This document shows, in pieces, positions 41,769-50,026 of a stretch of DNA of 64,000 nucleotides (position 1 is its first letter; the number at the start of each line of letters is the position of its first letter). The notes below the pieces were generated by a model, which saw only the letters and a program-made list of their open reading frames with translations, did not search any database and was not told the origin of the DNA. Made by a program: the position numbers and the translations under genes. Origin of the DNA: Planctomycetota bacterium (GTDB lineage: Bacteria > Planctomycetota > UBA1135 > UBA2386); assembly GCA_965228735.1 (NCBI GenBank), contig OZ245838.1, positions 2,304,001 through 2,368,000 of the forward strand. Direction: 5' to 3'.

Positions 41769-43448
41769 ATGACCGAGACCGCCGAGGAACCCATGAGCGC
41801 CGAGATCGTCGACGACGATCCGTCCGGCCCCGTCGCGGGAATCGCGCGGCCGGGTCGCTGGGTGCTCGCGCTCATCGCGGCCGCGGCATTGATCCGCTTG
41901 CCGTTCCTGTTCGACAGCGTGTGGTTCGACGAAGCGTGCGTATCCGGCCAGCGCCTCGGCACGCTGGAGCAGCTCGTCGCGACCGTCTACGCCGACACCC
42001 ACCCACCGCTCTGGTCGCTGCTCATGCACGGCTGGTTCCGGCTGTTCGGCGACAGCGAGTGGGTGTTGCGCCTGCCCTCGCTGCTGTTCGGCCTGCTGAC
42101 CCTGCCGCTCCTGTTCTATCGCGGCCGGTATCTCGTCGGCGACCGCGGCGCGCTCTGGGGCACCGCGTTGCTCGCGCTGTCGCCGCCCCACGTCTGGTGC
42201 TCGACCGACGCGAGCCCGCACGCGGCGATGGCGTTCTTCGGCGTCGCGATGTGCATGACGTTCGCGCAGCTGATGACCGAACGTCGCACGGCGTGGCGAT
42301 GGCTGCTGCACGTCACCGTGGTGTTCCTGGCGCTGGCGCTGCACTACTACCTTGCGTTCCTCGCGATCGTCCTCGCGGCTGCGGCCCCGCTGATCGCGCG
42401 CGGATTCACGCGCACGGTGCTCAACATCCTGTGCTGGCACGGCCTCGCGGTGATGCTGCTCGGCACCTGGCTGTGGCTCAAGGAACGGCTCGGCGCGCCG
42501 ATGGTCACGGAGGTCGAGCTGCGATCGCTCACGCCGGACGCCATGCACGATCTGTTCTACGGCTGGGGTTGGACCGGCAACGCGCTCCGGCCGCTCGGAC
42601 TGCCGGGATGGCTCGCCGTCGACCTCGTGCAATGGCTGGCGATCGCGCTCACCGGCTTCGGCATCGTTCAGGTCCTGAGCCGGCAACGCGAACGCGCGCT
42701 CGGCGTGCTCGTCCCCGCGCTCGCGCTGACGATCCCCGCGAGCCTCGTGCTCATGGCGTGGGGCGGCCTCGGCAACGGCTACGCCCCGCGCACCTGCCTG
42801 CCGGCGATCCCGCTGCTGCTGCTGCTGATCGGCGCCGGCATCCGACTGCTGCCGGGCTGGATCCGGCTGCCGGCGGGCGCGCTCGCGCTGCTCGTCGCGC
42901 TCACGAGCACGGCCTCGATGTGGTGGCATCGCCACGAGCACTACGCGATCCAACGGCCCAAGGCCGACTGGCGCGCCGCGGCCGCCTGGCTCGGCAGCGA
43001 GATCGACGCCCGCGCGGCCGCTCTGGAACCGGGCTTCGTGTTCTCGTCGATGCCCAATCCGCGGCCGCTGTCCTACTACGAGCCGCGCATCCAGGACGAA
43101 CGCGCACTCACTCCTCCCACGACGACGACGGCGATCCGCAGCGCCGCCGAACGCGCCCTGGGGAGCTGGGCCGGCGACCTCACGGCCGACTTCTTCGAGC
43201 GCTTCGCGGCGGGCAACGCCGCGCGCCTCGCGAATGCCCGGCTGCGGATCCGGCGCTGCGAGCGCGATCCGACGGCGCTCGCGCTCCCGCCCGGCGATCA
43301 CGTGTGCTACCTCGTGCAGTACCATTGGCACCCGCCGGTGGCGGAGGAGACCGCGATCGCCGCGCTGCTCGCCCACGACCGCGTCGAGGTCCTCGGGCAC
43401 GAGAGCTTCCCGGGGCTCGACGTCTACAAGGTCCGAATCACGCAGTGA
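41769..43448 (+). CDS. GT-C glycosyltransferase (PMT_2/ArnT-like)
   Basis: SVWFDEA, HPPLWSLLMHGW, SEWVLRLPSLLFG and multiple TM helices. Confidence 0.8.
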   Translation: MTETAEEPMSAEIVDDDPSGPVAGIARPGRWVLALIAAAALIRLPFLFDSVWFDEACVSGQRLGTLEQLVATVYADTHPPLWSLLMHGWFRLFGDSEWVLRLPSLLFGLLTLPLLFYRGRYLVGDRGALWGTALLALSPPHVWCSTDASPHAAMAFFGVAMCMTFAQLMTERRTAWRWLLHVTVVFLALALHYYLAFLAIVLAAAAPLIARGFTRTVLNILCWHGLAVMLLGTWLWLKERLGAPMVTEVELRSLTPDAMHDLFYGWGWTGNALRPLGLPGWLAVDLVQWLAIALTGFGIVQVLSRQRERALGVLVPALALTIPASLVLMAWGGLGNGYAPRTCLPAIPLLLLLIGAGIRLLPGWIRLPAGALALLVALTSTASMWWHRHEHYAIQRPKADWRAAAAWLGSEIDARAAALEPGFVFSSMPNPRPLSYYEPRIQDERALTPPTTTTAIRSAAERALGSWAGDLTADFFERFAAGNAARLANARLRIRRCERDPTALALPPGDHVCYLVQYHWHPPVAEETAIAALLAHDRVEVLGHESFPGLDVYKVRITQ

Positions 43449-44215
43449 GCGCGGCCCTGGGCAGCCAGGCGAACGCCGAGGCCGCGTTCGACCTCAGCGT
43501 CGTGATCGCGTGCTACCAGGAGGAGTCGCACCTGCGACAATCGGTGCGGGAACTGACCGGCGTGCTCGACGAGACCGGCCGCTCGTACGAGCTGATCTTC
43601 ATCGACGACAAGAGCACCGACGACACGGCCGCGATCATCGCGGAGCTCGTCGCGGACCGACCGACCTGGCGCGCGTTCTATCACGAACGGAACGTCGGTC
43701 GCGGCGGCACGGTCACCGAGGGCTTCGCGCTCGCGAACGGCCGCATCGTCGGTTTCCTCGACATCGATCTCGAGGTCCACGCCCGGTTCATCCCCGCGGT
43801 GCTCGCCGCGATCGACGACGGCATGGACGGCGCGACCGCGTACCGCAACTACACCGTGGGCCTGCGCCCGACGAGCATCCTGCGTCACGTCCTGAGCCAG
43901 GGTTACCGCTGGCTCTTCCGCATGCTGTTCGACGTGCCGTTCCGCGACCCCGAGACCGGCTTCAAGTTCTTCCGCCGCGAACGCATCCAGCCGGTCGCCG
44001 CAGAGACCCGCGATCCGCACTGGTTCTGGGACAGCGAGATCATGGTGCTCGCGCATCGCGCCGGCCTGCGCATCGTCGAGGTCCCGGCGCGCTTCGAGCG
44101 CCGCGCCGACAAGCAGTCGACCGTGCGGATCGTCAGCGACGTCTGGAAGTACCTCGTCGCGATCCGCGCGTTCCGGCGCCGCCTCCGGGCCGCCGACCGC
44201 GCAGCCAGGACCTGA
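43445..44215 (+). CDS. GT2 polyprenol-phosphate glycosyltransferase (DPM1/Alg5-like)
   Basis: GTG 43445 overlaps the upstream stop. Motifs LSVVIACYQE, IDDKSTDDT, NVGRGGTV, FLDIDLE, DPETGFKFFRRE and WFWDSEI. Confidence 0.85.
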   Translation: MSAALGSQANAEAAFDLSVVIACYQEESHLRQSVRELTGVLDETGRSYELIFIDDKSTDDTAAIIAELVADRPTWRAFYHERNVGRGGTVTEGFALANGRIVGFLDIDLEVHARFIPAVLAAIDDGMDGATAYRNYTVGLRPTSILRHVLSQGYRWLFRMLFDVPFRDPETGFKFFRRERIQPVAAETRDPHWFWDSEIMVLAHRAGLRIVEVPARFERRADKQSTVRIVSDVWKYLVAIRAFRRRLRAADRAART

Positions 44216-44232
44216 ATCGACCCGGGAACGAC

Positions 44233-45039
44233 TCAGTCCCGCGTCACGAGATCGCCGGTGAGGATCTCGGCGACATCGAGCTGCTTGCAGCGACACGGCA
44301 CGTCCAGCAACGACGACAAGGACGGCGACGTGCGGCCGTCGTCGCTCGAGATCCACTCCTTGACGTAGGTGCCGTGCTGGCACTTGACGCGCAGCTCGAG
44401 CATGCCGGGTTCGCCGCGTTCGAGCTCGAGGATCTCGACATCGCGCTCGCGATCGAGGTCCGCCCGGCGATGCGCCACGCGCTGCGGCGTGCGCTGCACG
44501 ATCGTGCCGGCGAACGTCCGGACCCGCGCGAGCGCGTCGTCGCTGCACTCACCGTCGACGCTGACCCCGACGCGGTAGATCTTGTCGAAGTGCGTGTTCT
44601 TCCAGTAGACGACGCGCTCCCGCGCCACCCGCACGAACGGGTCGAGCTCGATCGCGCCGTCCGCGCGCTCCTCGATCTCGCGCCGCAGCTCCTCGAGATC
44701 GACCTCGGGGTTGCGCGCGCCGACGACCTCGTAGACGAACGGTCGACCGCGGCCGAGCATCAGCACGTCGATGTCCTCGCGCCCGGCGCCATGGAACTTG
44801 CCCGTCTTGGCCTGCATGCGCGGCAGCAGCCGCCGGCCGATGAGCTCCTGCACGGACTCCTTCGTCAGCTTGCCGAAGCCTTCGCAGTGTTCGCAATTCC
44901 GCCGCCGGCGACGATCGCCCTTGCACTTCGGGCAGTAGAAGATCGTCTGCGGCAGACCGCGCTTGAGCTTGCGATAGCGCGACTCCAGCCAGAGGTTGGT
45001 GCGCGGCGCGCTGCTTTGCTGCCGGGGGGCCTGATCCAT
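44233..45039 (-). CDS. pus10: tRNA pseudouridine(54/55) synthase Pus10, catalytic domain only
   Basis: RYRKLKRGLPQT, CPKC...CEHC, ESVQELI, FHGAGREDIDVLMLGRGRPFV, QRTPQRVAHRRAD, GTYVKE, GRTSPSL and LDV. This is the ordered motif set of archaeal Pus10. Confidence 0.9.
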   Translation of the reverse strand: MDQAPRQQSSAPRTNLWLESRYRKLKRGLPQTIFYCPKCKGDRRRRRNCEHCEGFGKLTKESVQELIGRRLLPRMQAKTGKFHGAGREDIDVLMLGRGRPFVYEVVGARNPEVDLEELRREIEERADGAIELDPFVRVARERVVYWKNTHFDKIYRVGVSVDGECSDDALARVRTFAGTIVQRTPQRVAHRRADLDRERDVEILELERGEPGMLELRVKCQHGTYVKEWISSDDGRTSPSLSSLLDVPCRCKQLDVAEILTGDLVTRD

Positions 45040-45113
45040 GGTTGCCCCGCACTATTGAAAGGCCGGCGGCCGAGCGCAAGCCCGGAAGGCCCGTTTGCGG
45101 CCCGCGGGCTCGG

Positions 45114-45527
45114 CTACGCGTGCGTGCGCTGGCCGCGCTGCGCCGACGCCTTCTTCTCGCGGTCGGCGGCGCGCTCGAGGAAGCGGCCCACGAGACCGAA
45201 GAACTCCTTGAGGTCGAGCGGCGTCTGCAGGAACGAGTGGATGTTGAACTTGCTCTTGTCCGCCTGCATGTCCTTCACGCTGCGGGACGGCGTCATGACG
45301 AACAGCTCGGTGTGCGGATCGATGCCGCGCAGGTTGTGCAGCAGCTTGACCGTGTCCTTCTGCCGCGGATCGACGCCGAGGAACACGCAGCCGAAGCGCC
45401 GGCCGCGCATCATGTTGACCCCGGCCTGGCCGTGTCCGACCGTGACCTCGAAGTTCGGGAACTGCTCGAGGCCGACCTTGATCTGGTCACGAACGAGCGG
45501 GTTCTTCTCCACGAGCAGCACTTCCAT
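45114..45527 (-). CDS. Stand-alone receiver-fold protein lacking the phospho-acceptor Asp (pseudo-receiver)
   Basis: ATG 45527. CheY-like pattern MEVLLVEKNPLVR...GCVFLG...LFVMT...FLQTPLDLKEF. Confidence 0.7.
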   Translation of the reverse strand: MEVLLVEKNPLVRDQIKVGLEQFPNFEVTVGHGQAGVNMMRGRRFGCVFLGVDPRQKDTVKLLHNLRGIDPHTELFVMTPSRSVKDMQADKSKFNIHSFLQTPLDLKEFFGLVGRFLERAADREKKASAQRGQRTHA

Positions 45528-45647
45528 GCCCCCGTTATCGGCAGCGCGGGCCGCGCACCTGACCCGTGCCGCTGCCCGCGGCGATCCGCCCATGGCATCG
45601 GCTGCAGCACTCTTGACTGCGGTCGCGTCGGACGGTTGTGTCTGGCC

Positions 45648-46646
45648 GTGAACTTCCTCGCGGGCGTCGACGAAGCCGGTCTCGGTCCGATCCTCGGGCC
45701 GCTCGTGGTCGCCGGCGTCGCGATGGCCGGGCCCGAGGGCGCCGACCCGTGGCAGGCCCTGCGCGGTCAGGTGTCACGCCGGAAACACGTGAAGGGCAAG
45801 GTCCGCGTCGCCGACAGCAAGAAGGTCAACCAGGGCCCGCACGGCTTCCTCCGGCTCGAGGAGACGGCGCTCGTGTTCTGGGCCGCGCACCACGGCGCCG
45901 TGCCCGCGACGCTGCGTGAGTTGCTCGCCTTGCTCGACGTGGACCTCGAAGCGCTGGCCCGGTGTCCGTGGTACGAGGACCTCGATCTCGAGCTGCCGTC
46001 GGCCGCCGACCCCGGCGTCGTCGAGCTGCGTGGCGACGTCGTCAAGCGGGCGCTCAAGCGCCGCGAGATCGAGCTGCTGGACCTCGCGGTTCGGCCGGTC
46101 GACGTCGAGGAGTGGAACGGGCTCATCCAGGACACCGACAACAAGAGCCGCGCCCACTTCCACGCCTACGCCGAGGTGCTCGGTCGCCTGCTCGCACGCG
46201 TGCCGGAACAGGAACAGGAGGCCGCGGCCTCGGCGGCCGGCGAGGCGACGGACCGTCCCCGACGACAGCTCATCGCCGACCGCTGCGGCGGCCGCATGCA
46301 TTACCGCGAGGACCTGCGCCGGCTGCGCCCGAAAGCGCGGGTCGACATCGTCACCGAACAGCCCGGCACGTCGACCTACCGCCTGCACGAGAACGGCGGC
46401 GAGACCCTCGTCACGTTCGCCGAACGCGGCGAGGACCGCGCGTTCCCGACCGCGCTCGCGAGCTGCCTCGCGAAGTATGTGCGCGAGCTCATGGTGCAGG
46501 TGCTCAACCGCTGGTTCTGTGCCCGCGTTCCCGGGCTCAAGCCGACGGCCGGCTACTACGTCGACGGCCACCGGTTCCTCGCCGACGTCGATCCGACCGT
46601 GCAGTCGGCCCAGCTGCCACGGCATCGTCTCGTCCGCGTCCGCTGA
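45648..46646 (+). CDS. Divergent ribonuclease HII-like protein
   Basis: GTG 45648. Motifs AGVDEAGLGPILGPLVV, VADSKK, IADRCGGR, ALASCLAKYVRE and AGY. Confidence 0.75.
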   Translation: MNFLAGVDEAGLGPILGPLVVAGVAMAGPEGADPWQALRGQVSRRKHVKGKVRVADSKKVNQGPHGFLRLEETALVFWAAHHGAVPATLRELLALLDVDLEALARCPWYEDLDLELPSAADPGVVELRGDVVKRALKRREIELLDLAVRPVDVEEWNGLIQDTDNKSRAHFHAYAEVLGRLLARVPEQEQEAAASAAGEATDRPRRQLIADRCGGRMHYREDLRRLRPKARVDIVTEQPGTSTYRLHENGGETLVTFAERGEDRAFPTALASCLAKYVRELMVQVLNRWFCARVPGLKPTAGYYVDGHRFLADVDPTVQSAQLPRHRLVRVR

Positions 46647-46650
46647 GGGG

Positions 46651-47244
46651 TCAGCTGTCGTCGCGCGGGTCGTCCTGCCCGAGCTCCATCTCGCGCTGCA
46701 GGAACGCGCGCGCCGTGCGCCAGCCGCGTTCGACCGAGCGCAGCGACATGCCGAGCGCCTCGGCCGTCGCGGGGTTGTCGAGCCCGCCGAAGAACCGCAG
46801 TTCGACGAGCTGCGCGAGCTGCGGATCGACGTCCGCGAGCCGCTGCAGCGTCTCGTCGACCGCCAGCAGGCCCTCCACGTTCTCGTGCACGGCCAGGCCC
46901 TCGGCGTCGAGGTCGACCCGCTTGCCCTCGCCGCGCTTCTTCGCGCGCCGGGCGCGGGCGTGGTCGACGAGCACGTTGCGCATCGCGCGGGCGGCAACGC
47001 GCAGGAAGTGCGAGCGGTCGTTGAAGCTCGCGCCGGGCTCGACGAGCCGGACGTAGGCCTCGTTGAGCAACGCCGTGGCCTGCAGCGTGTGATCGGCGCG
47101 TTCGCGGCCGATCAAATTGCCGGCGATGCGGCGCAGTTCGTCGTAGACCAGCGGCAACAGCTCTTCGGCGGCCAGCTCGTCGCCATCGCTCGCGCGCTGC
47201 AGCAGGCGCGTCGTCTTGGCGCGGTCCTCGGTCGGACGGTCCAT
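46651..47244 (-). CDS. ECF-type RNA polymerase sigma factor (Sigma70_ECF / TIGR02999-like)
   Basis: LLPLVYDELRRIA, HTLQATALLNEAYVRL, AARAMRNVLVDHAR, KRG, VELRFFGGL and WRTARAFL. Confidence 0.92.
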   Translation of the reverse strand: MDRPTEDRAKTTRLLQRASDGDELAAEELLPLVYDELRRIAGNLIGRERADHTLQATALLNEAYVRLVEPGASFNDRSHFLRVAARAMRNVLVDHARARRAKKRGEGKRVDLDAEGLAVHENVEGLLAVDETLQRLADVDPQLAQLVELRFFGGLDNPATAEALGMSLRSVERGWRTARAFLQREMELGQDDPRDDS

Positions 47245-47345
47245 CGGCCATGATTGTCACAAAGACGCGGCGAGCCGTCCAGATGCGACTCGCCGCGTCA
47301 GCGGGCAGTGTTCCTGCCGTATCCCCGTTCCCGAGAGTCCCGGTC

Positions 47346-48194
47346 CTACAGCGGCTTGAACGACCACTTGAGGCCGTTGATCGTCGCGGTGCCGCTGTTG
47401 AAGAAGTGCACCGAGCGGCCCGCCGGGACCGTGATCGGCACGGCCGTGCCGGTTTCGTGACCGGCGATCGTCGCGAGCACCGTGCCGTCATCGAGCCGGA
47501 TCTCGAGCACGCCGTTGCTGGCCTGCTTCTGGATGCAGACCAGCAGATTGAGCGGCGGGCGACCGGCCGGGTTGCTGACGATGGTCTTCTTGCGATTGTT
47601 CTTCTCCCAGTAGGAGTTCCGGCTGATCGAGATGCCGCTGTTGCCGCCGAACATGAACGCGACGTTCGCCGCGCCGCCGAAGTGCAGGCCGATGTTCGCG
47701 ACCGCGAGGTTGGTCGCGGCGACGTTGCCGACCGGATCCATGACGAGCCCCTGGAAACCGAGCTCGAGCCCGCTGAGCGCCGGGTCGGGCGGCAGCGGCA
47801 GCGGCAGCTGGGCCTGGCCGCCGGGCATCGGCAGCGCGTAGGAGCCGAGCGACAATCCCGGATCGAGGAAGATGTCGATCGGGTTGGGGCCGATCGGGAT
47901 CTCGAAGCCGGAGCCGGCCCAGCCGGAGATCGCGATGAAGCCGAAGTCGAAGCCCGGCGCGACGAGCTGCACGCTCGTCGTGGTGCCGAGCACCGGCGGC
48001 TGCCCGCCGACGAGCTCGACGACGCTGCTCGGCGACACCGCGCCCGAGCTATCGAACATGTGCAGCCAGTGCGAGCCGTCGTCGCCGCCCGTCGTCTGGG
48101 CGGCGGCGGTCGAGGCGAAGGTGCCGGCGAGCGCGCAGGTGATGGCGAAGAAGGTCGAGGAGGCGGAGAAGCCGCGGTTCGGGGAGATGGTCAT
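47346..48194 (-). CDS. Secreted hypothetical protein carrying the shared domain internally plus an extra C-terminal domain
   Basis: ATG 48194 with signal peptide ending AAAQ. Contains PPVLG...LPLPPDPALSGLELGFQGLVMDP...ATN. Confidence 0.7.
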   Translation of the reverse strand: MTISPNRGFSASSTFFAITCALAGTFASTAAAQTTGGDDGSHWLHMFDSSGAVSPSSVVELVGGQPPVLGTTTSVQLVAPGFDFGFIAISGWAGSGFEIPIGPNPIDIFLDPGLSLGSYALPMPGGQAQLPLPLPPDPALSGLELGFQGLVMDPVGNVAATNLAVANIGLHFGGAANVAFMFGGNSGISISRNSYWEKNNRKKTIVSNPAGRPPLNLLVCIQKQASNGVLEIRLDDGTVLATIAGHETGTAVPITVPAGRSVHFFNSGTATINGLKWSFKPL

Positions 48195-48312
48195 CGTTTC
48201 GGTCCTGTGAGGTTGTCTGGTGTTCGCCGCGACCCGATCGGCCGCGGTCACACCAGGAACCGGGCGGACCTGCCGCCACCGGAACGAAAGCCCCAAAAAA
48301 GACCCGCCCGAG

Positions 48313-48429
48313 CTGGCGGTACCGAACCCGTTTCGAATCCGCCACCGCCCCAACGCCGCAATCGCCGCTCGAGTCTCCGCGTGGGGCGGTCACGGGGTGG
48401 CGGATTCGAAACGGGTTCGGTACAGCCAC
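48313..48429. repeat. REPIN-like element, copy 2
   Basis: 48313-48345 CTGGCGGTACCGAACCCGTTTCGAATCCGCCAC and inverted 48397-48429 GTGGCGGATTCGAAACGGGTTCGGTACAGCCAC, with a 51-bp spacer. Confidence 0.85.
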
Positions 48430-48442
48430 GCCCGGGCGCGGG

Positions 48443-48925
48443 CTAGCCGTCGAAGCCCTCGTCCTCGGGCAGGTTCGGGGCGCTCGAGGCGGCGACCGCG
48501 AGTTCGTCGCAGCGGTCGTTCTCCTTGTCGCCCGAGTGGCCCTTGACCCAGCGCCACTCGATCTCGTGGTCCCCCATCGCGCGCAGCAGGCGGCGCCAGA
48601 GGTCCTGGTTCTTCACGGGCTGCTTGCTCGCGTTCTTCCAGCCCTTCTTCTGCCAGCCGTCGATCCAACGCTTGTTGATCGCGTCGATCACGTACTTGCT
48701 GTCGGAGAAGAGCACGATGTCACACGGCTCGCGCAGCGCCTCGAGGCCGACGATCGCGCCCAGCAATTCCATGCGGTTGTTGGTCGTCCGGCGGAAGCCC
48801 GCGGACAGCTCCTTCCGGTGCTCGCCGAAGAGCAGAACGGTGCCGTAACCGCCGGGCCCCGGGTTGCCGGAGCAGGCTCCGTCGCTGTAGATCGTGACGC
48901 GTTTCGGATTCTGCTTCTCTGGCAT
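48443..48925 (-). CDS. rnhA: Ribonuclease HI
   Basis: IYSDGACSGNPGPGGYG, TTNNRMEL, SDSKYV, KNQDLW, WVKGHSG and NDRCDELA. ATG at 48925 or 48934. Confidence 0.96.
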   Translation of the reverse strand: MPEKQNPKRVTIYSDGACSGNPGPGGYGTVLLFGEHRKELSAGFRRTTNNRMELLGAIVGLEALREPCDIVLFSDSKYVIDAINKRWIDGWQKKGWKNASKQPVKNQDLWRRLLRAMGDHEIEWRWVKGHSGDKENDRCDELAVAASSAPNLPEDEGFDG

Positions 48926-49037
48926 CGGTGTCATCGAATACTCGGCGCGGGTTCTCGCGACAACTTCTGGCCGACCGAAGGTGGTGAGATAGGCTTCTGC
49001 GCCGTTCGCGCCCGCTCCTGCTTCCACGTCCCACGCG

Positions 49038-50024
49038 ATGCCGCTGATCTCCGTTGTCATTCCGGTCCTGAATGGCCGGCGCACGATCGGAGACTGCCTC
49101 GAGGCCGCGTTCGCATCGGACTTCGACGACTTCGAGGTCGTGGTCTGCGACGACGGTTCGACCGACGACACCGTCGAGATCATCAAGCGCTTCGACCGGG
49201 TCAAGCTGCTCGAACGCGAACACGGCGGCGCCGCGGCCGCGCGCAACGCGGGCGCCAGCGCGGCCAGCGGCGAGATCCTGTTCTTCATCGACGCCGACTG
49301 CCTGCTGCAGCCCGACGCCGTCCGGAACGCGGCCAAGGCGATGGCCGGCGTCGATCCGCTGACGGTCGTCGGCGGCACCTACACGCTGAGCGCGCCGGAG
49401 GAGAACTTCTTCGGCCAGTTCCAGACCGCGTTCATCCACCACAGCGAGACCAAGTACGTCGGCGCGCCCGACTACATCGCGTCACACGCGCTCGTGATCA
49501 AGAAGGCCACGTTCGACGCGACCGGCGGCTTCCCCGAGCAGTTCATGCCGATCATCGAGGACGTCGAGTACGCGCACCGGCTGCGGAAGACGGGGCACAA
49601 CCTCGTCATGGAGCCGTCGATCCTCGTCCGCCACGTGTTCTTCTTCTCGCTCTGGCGGTCGCTCAGGAACGCCTGGCGGAAGTCGCGGTTCTGGACGCGC
49701 TACTCGCTCCATAACAAGGACGTGTTCACCGATTCCGGCACGGCGTCCTTCGAGCTCAAGACCGCCACGGCCGTGCTTGGCGTATCCTTCACTTTGCTGG
49801 GGGTTTGGGCCGTCCTAGGGTACTCCTGGCTGCTCTGGCCGCTGCCCGTCCTGTGGGCCGCAAACCTGCTGGTCTCGTTCGGACTGCTGCGAGCGTTCTA
49901 TCGCGGCGGTGGGATCGGCCTGTTGGTCCCGGCCATGCTATATCTGTTCTTGCTCTATCCGGTGCCCGTCGGTCTCGGCGCGATCGTCGGAACGCTCGAA
50001 TATCCCCGCAAGGGAGTGCTCTAA
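49038..50024 (+). CDS. GT2 family glycosyltransferase with C-terminal TM helices
   Basis: ISVVIPVLNG, CDDGSTDDT, AAARNAG, FIDADC, GGF...EDVEY, and three hydrophobic C-terminal segments. Confidence 0.9.
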   Translation: MPLISVVIPVLNGRRTIGDCLEAAFASDFDDFEVVVCDDGSTDDTVEIIKRFDRVKLLEREHGGAAAARNAGASAASGEILFFIDADCLLQPDAVRNAAKAMAGVDPLTVVGGTYTLSAPEENFFGQFQTAFIHHSETKYVGAPDYIASHALVIKKATFDATGGFPEQFMPIIEDVEYAHRLRKTGHNLVMEPSILVRHVFFFSLWRSLRNAWRKSRFWTRYSLHNKDVFTDSGTASFELKTATAVLGVSFTLLGVWAVLGYSWLLWPLPVLWAANLLVSFGLLRAFYRGGGIGLLVPAMLYLFLLYPVPVGLGAIVGTLEYPRKGVL

Positions 50025-50026
50025 AC

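Noticed and set aside
49770..50024. Locally T-rich, lower-GC patch at the GT2 3' end as a foreign insert
   Set aside because: It coincides with hydrophobic TM-coding sequence and is too short to judge without computation.
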